Position numbers and translations under genes: made by a program. This document shows positions 59,238 to 64,000 of a stretch of DNA of 64,000 nucleotides, in pieces; position 1 is the first letter of the stretch; each line of letters starts with the position of its first letter. Source of the stretch: an uncultured Bacteroidaceae bacterium. Its GTDB lineage: Bacteria; Bacteroidota; Bacteroidia; Bacteroidales; Bacteroidaceae. The notes under the pieces are model-generated. The model did not search any database, was not told the DNA's origin, and worked only from the letters and a program-made list of their open reading frames with translations. Location: contig CALUJL010000021.1 of the NCBI GenBank assembly GCA_944320955.1, positions 130,516 through 194,515 of the forward strand, written 5' to 3'.

Positions 59238-60680
59238 ATGAAACAAACCGCAACTTACCTCTGCGCCGCACTGCTCGGCGCCTCGATGCTCTCCCCCGCA
59301 ACCGCACAGGCAGACGAATGGAATCCGCTCGGCACGGATAAGAGCGTACTCGACACCCTCTGGCAAACAGCCCTACACCAGCAAGAAGCCGGAATGTACG
59401 AGGGATCGCTCCAATTCGAGGAAGCCATTACCTATGCATTGTCCACGCTTTCTTTCGGAAGCTCCACCCAACGCGACGTAGACTGCGCCGTGGCCAACCT
59501 GAAAGCCGCCATGTACCGTAAACAGGAAGTAGACGCTTCACCCGAGAACTTCTGCGAATTCTTCATCGTAAACCCCAATTTTGACGGCGGCATTACAGGG
59601 TATGGAGAAACCGGCCCCCTCACCGGATGGACAAACAGCGGCGCTTATCAGGCCAACATCAGCTTTCTCTCCGGCTTATGCTGCGAAAATCGCCGGAATG
59701 ACGGGAGCTACTTACCAGACTCCGAGCTTTCCCAGAAAATAGATGCCCTCCTTCCCGACGGATACTACGTAATGACCGTCACCGCCCTCTCCAACGGTAG
59801 CGGAACCGGCTTCTTCGCCAACGGCCAGGCTGTGGCACATCCGGGTAAAGAGAGCCGGGTGGAAATGAAAGTGGCCGTGCAAGTGACCGACGGCACACTC
59901 ACCCTCGGGGCACGGACGCAGAACTCCACGGCCAACCTGTTCCGCTTCGACGAATTCATCCTGCACTACATCGGCACCGCCCCCGATGCGCTCGACCGCT
60001 GGGTCGCACTCAACGTGCCCGGCAGGGAGAACTATGTGGAATACCCGCAAGACTATACACAGAGGCTGCTGCCCGCTGCCAACAAAGCGCTGAAAGAAAC
60101 TTATTTTGCATACCTCGACGAAGTGCGCCGGACTTCCGGTTTCACCCCCTCCACGCTGAACGCCGCGCAGGAGAAGCTCTACGCCCTCTGGGCCGACGTG
60201 GAGGTTTCGGCACTGGAATACGACACCCTGGAAGCCGTGCTCGACACCGCGCGCAAATACCGGGCGCAACTTGCCGTGGACAGCGCCACCGTGCGGCTGA
60301 CCTTGGACCAAGCCATCGAGGAGGCCGCCGCATGCCTCCTTGATGAAACCGCAGGCGACGACGGGAAAGAAGTCTCCGCCCTCATCGCCAAGCTGAAGGA
60401 CGCACAGGACAACTACATAGCCATCGGCTACGAGCCCGCCGACGATCCCACCGTGCTGCCCTCCATCGGCTTGGCAGCCGGAGAACCGGAGTCCGGCCTG
60501 ACCCTGAGCACCGATGACGGCGGCATCCGCATCCGCTCGGCAAGGGCCCAATCCCTATACCTATATAATATGGACGGGACGCTCGTGCAGCGCCTCCGCA
60601 TGGACGCGGGAGAAGAAGCCTTCATAGCCCTCCCCGCAGGGAAATACATCGTAGGCGGCACGGTAGTCCTCACCCGCTGA
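59238..60680 (+). CDS. Secreted protein of unknown function with probable T9SS C-terminal sorting domain
   Basis: Signal peptide MKQTATYLCAALLGASMLSPATAQA; C-terminal ~75 aa beta-rich segment (..LYLYNMDGTLVQRLRMDAG..GKYIVGGTVVLTR). Start set at ATG 59238 within a longer artefactual frame. Confidence 0.5.
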   Translation: MKQTATYLCAALLGASMLSPATAQADEWNPLGTDKSVLDTLWQTALHQQEAGMYEGSLQFEEAITYALSTLSFGSSTQRDVDCAVANLKAAMYRKQEVDASPENFCEFFIVNPNFDGGITGYGETGPLTGWTNSGAYQANISFLSGLCCENRRNDGSYLPDSELSQKIDALLPDGYYVMTVTALSNGSGTGFFANGQAVAHPGKESRVEMKVAVQVTDGTLTLGARTQNSTANLFRFDEFILHYIGTAPDALDRWVALNVPGRENYVEYPQDYTQRLLPAANKALKETYFAYLDEVRRTSGFTPSTLNAAQEKLYALWADVEVSALEYDTLEAVLDTARKYRAQLAVDSATVRLTLDQAIEEAAACLLDETAGDDGKEVSALIAKLKDAQDNYIAIGYEPADDPTVLPSIGLAAGEPESGLTLSTDDGGIRIRSARAQSLYLYNMDGTLVQRLRMDAGEEAFIALPAGKYIVGGTVVLTR

Positions 60681-60712
60681 GCAGGGAATCCTCCCGACCG
60701 GCTATAAAGACA

Positions 60713-60757
60713 CGGCGGGGAACAAGCCTTTCTCTCGGCTGTTCCCCGCCGTTTGTC
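60713..60757 (+). terminator. Intrinsic terminator (12-bp stem cggcggggaaca / tgttccccgccg, then TTTGTC); a second GC hairpin lies at 60765-60789
   Basis: Perfect inverted repeat followed by a T-run, downstream of the 59238-60680 gene. Confidence 0.5.
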
Positions 60758-60811
60758 GTCTATCGGCAGCCCGCTCCGGGCGGGCTGCCGGCTCTTATGA
60801 ATAATTCCGCG

Positions 60812-62383
60812 TCAGGCCCCGTGCTTCATCACCTCATTGGAAGCCTCGGAGGGCAGGTCGCGGCCTACTTCGCGGTCGAAGGCTATCTTGAAGGTATAGG
60901 CATAGTCGCACGGCTTCTGCGAGGGAAAGTCGATACGCAGGCCCTCGTCCGTCTGCTCCCAGCGTATCTTCTCCGTGGAGCCCAGCATCGTGATGCCCTT
61001 TATCCGGGCGTCGGCTATGACTTCCGGGGTCAGGGACTTGACAAGGACATGGTCTGCGTCCCAATTCAGGGCAATGACGTAGAAATCGTTCCCCTTGGTG
61101 GTGAAGCGCAAGTCGCGGGAAGTGTATTCCGCAGCCGCATTGTCTGAGAAAGAACCCTTCGTCACGACCGCATCGCCCTCGCCGAATTTCTTCCAGCAGC
61201 GTGTGCCGTAGATGGCCTCGCCGTTCACTTTCAGCCAGCGGCCTATGGAAAGCAGCACGTTCTTCTGCCCGTCCGTTATCGTGCCGTCGGCCTTCGGGCC
61301 GATGTTGAGCAAGAGGTTGCCGTTCTTGCTGACGATGTCCACCAGGTCATGCACGATTTGCTCCGGAGTCTTGTTCTCCTCGCCCTCCACATAGCTCCAC
61401 GATTTCTTGCCTACCGACGTATCCGTCTGCCAGGGGAACTGCATCATCTTGTCCGACTTGCCGCGCTCCATGTCCCACACCTGCACGTTCGTGGGATACC
61501 CCTGCTTGGTATTGACCACCACGCCTTTCCCCCAATCCAAAGCATTGTTGTAGTAGAACGCCAGGAAGCGGTTGAAATAAGGCATCAGCACGGGGTTGTT
61601 CACCGTCCAGTCAAACCAAATCAGGCTGGGCCTGTACTTCACCACCAACTCATACGTATGTTCCAGCCATTCGCGGGCCACGTCTTCCGTATACTTCTCC
61701 TGCCCATAGCGTCTCCCGTATAGGGTAATCGTAGTATCCTGCACGTCGGAGGGGAAGTCCATGCCCCCGTTGAAGAACCAGGCATTCTCGGCCCGGTGCG
61801 AAGAGACGCCGAACGTCATGCCCTGCTTCTCCACAGCTTTCTTCAGCAGGCCGATGATATCCTTTTTCGGCCCCATCTTTACGGCGTTCCACTCATTCAG
61901 GTCGCTGTCGTACATGGCAAATCCGTCGTGATGCTCCGCCACGGGAATCACATAGCGCGCGCCGGCCTCCTTAAACAGGCTGGCCCACTCGTCGGCATCG
62001 AACTTCGCTGCCGTAAACATGGGGATGAAATCCTTATAACCGAAGTCCGTATGCTTGCCGTAGGTCGCGATATGGTGCTTGTATTCCGGCGAATCCTTGA
62101 GATACATATTGCGCGGATACCACTCGCTGCCGAAGGCCGGGACGGAATAAACGCCCCAATGGATGAAAATGCCGAACTTCCCGTCCCGGAACCACTCGGG
62201 AAACTGATAATGCCCGGCAATGTTCTCCCAACTGGGCTGAAAGACTTCCGTGCCTTTCTCCGAGGCCACGGACTCGATGTCGTAGTGGGGTTTCTGATTC
62301 GTTGAAGTGCAGGCCGCCAAAGAGAGGGCCAACAGGGCAGAAGCGAGGCTTCGGCCGGTCTTCTGTGCAATGCGGTGTTTCAT
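60812..62383 (-). CDS. GH29 alpha-L-fucosidase with C-terminal F5/8-type-C-like domain; signal peptide/lipoprotein
   Basis: GH29 core (WFRDGKFGIFIHWGVYSVPAFGSEWYPRNMY..) and signal peptide with Cys (LSLAACTS). Confidence 0.9.
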   Translation of the reverse strand: MKHRIAQKTGRSLASALLALSLAACTSTNQKPHYDIESVASEKGTEVFQPSWENIAGHYQFPEWFRDGKFGIFIHWGVYSVPAFGSEWYPRNMYLKDSPEYKHHIATYGKHTDFGYKDFIPMFTAAKFDADEWASLFKEAGARYVIPVAEHHDGFAMYDSDLNEWNAVKMGPKKDIIGLLKKAVEKQGMTFGVSSHRAENAWFFNGGMDFPSDVQDTTITLYGRRYGQEKYTEDVAREWLEHTYELVVKYRPSLIWFDWTVNNPVLMPYFNRFLAFYYNNALDWGKGVVVNTKQGYPTNVQVWDMERGKSDKMMQFPWQTDTSVGKKSWSYVEGEENKTPEQIVHDLVDIVSKNGNLLLNIGPKADGTITDGQKNVLLSIGRWLKVNGEAIYGTRCWKKFGEGDAVVTKGSFSDNAAAEYTSRDLRFTTKGNDFYVIALNWDADHVLVKSLTPEVIADARIKGITMLGSTEKIRWEQTDEGLRIDFPSQKPCDYAYTFKIAFDREVGRDLPSEASNEVMKHGA

Positions 62384-62414
62384 ACTTACATAGGTTTAGG
62401 GGTTATCAGTGGCT

Positions 62415-62422
62415 CAAAGATA
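62415..62422 (-). promoter_or_regulatory. -7 box TAtcTTTG (minus strand), with -33 TTTG at 62443-62440, for the fucosidase gene
   Basis: 17-nt spacer between the elements; ~32 nt upstream of the fucosidase ATG. Confidence 0.4.
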
Positions 62423-62553
62423 AAATATTACCGGAGCCACAAAATAGGATTTCTGCAGCAAACAATAGGACAAACTGACTCTTTTTCATAGAAACACCAC
62501 GCCGGATCCGCGCATGTCACCCCATTTTATTCGATTATTCCAGCGAGTTTCAC

Positions 62554-62561
62554 TATCTTTG
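62554..62561 (+). promoter_or_regulatory. -7 box TAtcTTTG upstream of pdxA
   Basis: TAnnTTTG motif 45 nt upstream of the ATG at 62606. Confidence 0.35.
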
Positions 62562-62605
62562 CTCACTCAGTTTATACAAAACACTAAGACAAAAGCCAAC
62601 CCGCC

Positions 62606-63703
62606 ATGGACAATAACCACAAAATCCGCATAGGAATCACCCAAGGGGACACCAACGGAGTAGGATACGAGGTCATCCTCAAAGCATTCGAAGACCCGGC
62701 AATGTTCGACCTCTGCACCCCCATCGTCTACGGCTCTGCCAAAGTGGCCTCCTACCACCGCAAGAGCCTCAACCTGAATACGAACTTCACCGCCATCGGC
62801 TCCGCCTCGGAGGCTGCCCCGGGGCGGCTGAACATCGTGAACGTGCTGGAGGGAGAGACCAAAGTGGAGCTCTCCAAACCCACTGCCGAGGCCGGAATGG
62901 CCGCCTACAAGGCATTGGAATGGGCCGTAAAGGATGCGAAAGAAGGACTCTTCGACGCATTGGTCACCGCCCCTATCAACAAGAATACGATCCAAAACGA
63001 AGGCTTCCACTTCTCCGGCCATACCGAATATCTGGAAGAACGCCTCGGCGAAGGGCAAAAGTCGCTCATGATCCTCATGAAAGGCGACCTGAGAGTGGCT
63101 TTAGTCACCAACCATCTGTCCATTGCCCAGATACCTGCCGCCATAACCAAAGAGCGAATCAAGGAAAAAGCCGAGATTCTCAACCGCTCGCTGAAGCAGG
63201 ACTTCGGCAAGGGCCGCCCCCGCATCGCCGTCCTGGCCCTGAATCCGCACGCGGGCGACAACGGCCTGCTCGGAACGGAAGAACAGGAAATCATACGCCC
63301 GGCCATCGATGAGCTGAACGCCGGGGGAATCTACTGTTTCGGCCCCTATGCCGCCGACGGGTTCTTCGGCTCCGAGCGAATCGCCCAGTTCGACGCCATA
63401 CTGGCCATGTACCACGACCAGGGACTGGCTCCCTTCAAGGCCCTCTGTATGGAAGAAGGCGTGAACTATACCGCCGGTCTGCCCGTCGTGCGCACCTCCC
63501 CCGCCCACGGGACGGCCTACGACATAGCCGGGAAAGGCATCGCTTCGCCCGAATCCTTCCGCCAGGCACTGTATTCCGCCATCGACATCTTCCGCACACG
63601 GCAGGCCGACGAATATGCACGCCGCAACCCGGTGCGCAAACAGCCCGCCCACTCGCGCGAAGACAACGAGAGGGCTCCCAAAAACACGGAAGAGAAAGAA
63701 TAA
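62606..63703 (+). CDS. pdxA: 4-hydroxythreonine-4-phosphate dehydrogenase
   Basis: PdxA conserved blocks (GITQGDTNGVGYEVILKAF.., ..LALNPHAGDNG.., metal-binding His residues). Confidence 0.9.
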   Translation: MDNNHKIRIGITQGDTNGVGYEVILKAFEDPAMFDLCTPIVYGSAKVASYHRKSLNLNTNFTAIGSASEAAPGRLNIVNVLEGETKVELSKPTAEAGMAAYKALEWAVKDAKEGLFDALVTAPINKNTIQNEGFHFSGHTEYLEERLGEGQKSLMILMKGDLRVALVTNHLSIAQIPAAITKERIKEKAEILNRSLKQDFGKGRPRIAVLALNPHAGDNGLLGTEEQEIIRPAIDELNAGGIYCFGPYAADGFFGSERIAQFDAILAMYHDQGLAPFKALCMEEGVNYTAGLPVVRTSPAHGTAYDIAGKGIASPESFRQALYSAIDIFRTRQADEYARRNPVRKQPAHSREDNERAPKNTEEKE

Positions 63704-63723
63704 CCCGCCCCATGAGAGCTGCC

Positions 63724-64000
63724 CTACTCGCCCCGCAGGCCGAGAGCCTTCTCGGCTTCCGAATCAACGGAAGGCCCGAACTTCTCCGCGAAATCGAGCA
63801 GCTCCACCGCTGCGGTTGCAGGGAGATCCACCTCTTCCTCCCGCAAGAGCCGTCGCCAACGGCCATACCCGACAGCCCATTCCTCCGCAAGCACCGGTTG
63901 CTTGCGGAGGAATGGGCTGCGGCCATCTGCAGCCTCCTGCAAGAAAAGGAGACGGGAGGAATACTCCTGATGCAGGCCGGCTGCGTCGTACAGGAAGAGG
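63724..64000 (-). CDS. 3' portion of a hypothetical gene continuing beyond the window end
   Basis: Minus-strand frame is open from 64000 down to the TAG at 63724-63726 (..EAEKALGLRGE*). No family recognised. Confidence 0.3.
   Translation of the reverse strand, partial: LFLYDAAGLHQEYSSRLLFLQEAADGRSPFLRKQPVLAEEWAVGYGRWRRLLREEEVDLPATAAVELLDFAEKFGPSVDSEAEKALGLRGE

Overview
This is a GC-rich (~60-65%) chromosomal segment that looks like a Bacteroidota (Bacteroidales) genome. The evidence is HU-type histone-like protein, two predicted T9SS C-terminal sorting domains, recurring TAnnTTTG -7 promoter boxes, no Shine-Dalgarno sequences, and GH29 fucosidases; a Rikenellaceae/Alistipes-like origin is only a guess from the GC content. 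Most genes are housekeeping. They include panB, mutY, HU, RNase G, tilS, obg, adk, hpt, nnr, a POT peptide transporter, xseAB, ilvE, trmB, ruvC, threonine dehydratase, rmuC, recA, pflBA, ferritin, rlmN and pdxA. The window begins inside a very large GH29 alpha-L-fucosidase whose C-terminus carries three tandem ~260-aa modules, and it ends near a second GH29 fucosidase. The features worth a second look are: (1) A seven-gene hdrCBA-mvhD/flxD-flxC-flxB-flxA operon (22.4-29.1 kb), resembling the FlxABCD-HdrABC NADH-dependent heterodisulfide reductase / electron-bifurcation module of Desulfovibrio. (2) A three-gene SPFH (Band_7_1) / membrane protein / zinc-ribbon-TPR cluster (31.4-34.0 kb), reminiscent of Bacillus ydjI-ydjH-ydjG. 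(3) A single-polypeptide MmeI-family (Type IIL) restriction-modification gene plus an XRE/HigA-like HTH gene, wedged between trmB and a tRNA-Ala(GGC). (4) A dispersed family of GC-rich intergenic hairpin arrays (unit ~GGAAAAG-YGCWGCCGC-CTTTTCC) at nine or more intergenic loci, several forming long perfect inverted repeats. (5) A low-GC islet (30.0-30.9 kb) with a G9 homopolymer tract in its promoter and two ORFs in one frame separated by a single TAG. (6) An AT-rich remnant (45.1-45.7 kb) holding a frameshifted ORF6N-domain (antirepressor-like) gene next to a 17-bp hairpin. (7) A highly basic 19-codon mini-ORF plus hairpin in the long 5' leader of rng. No CRISPR array, transposase or integrase was found.
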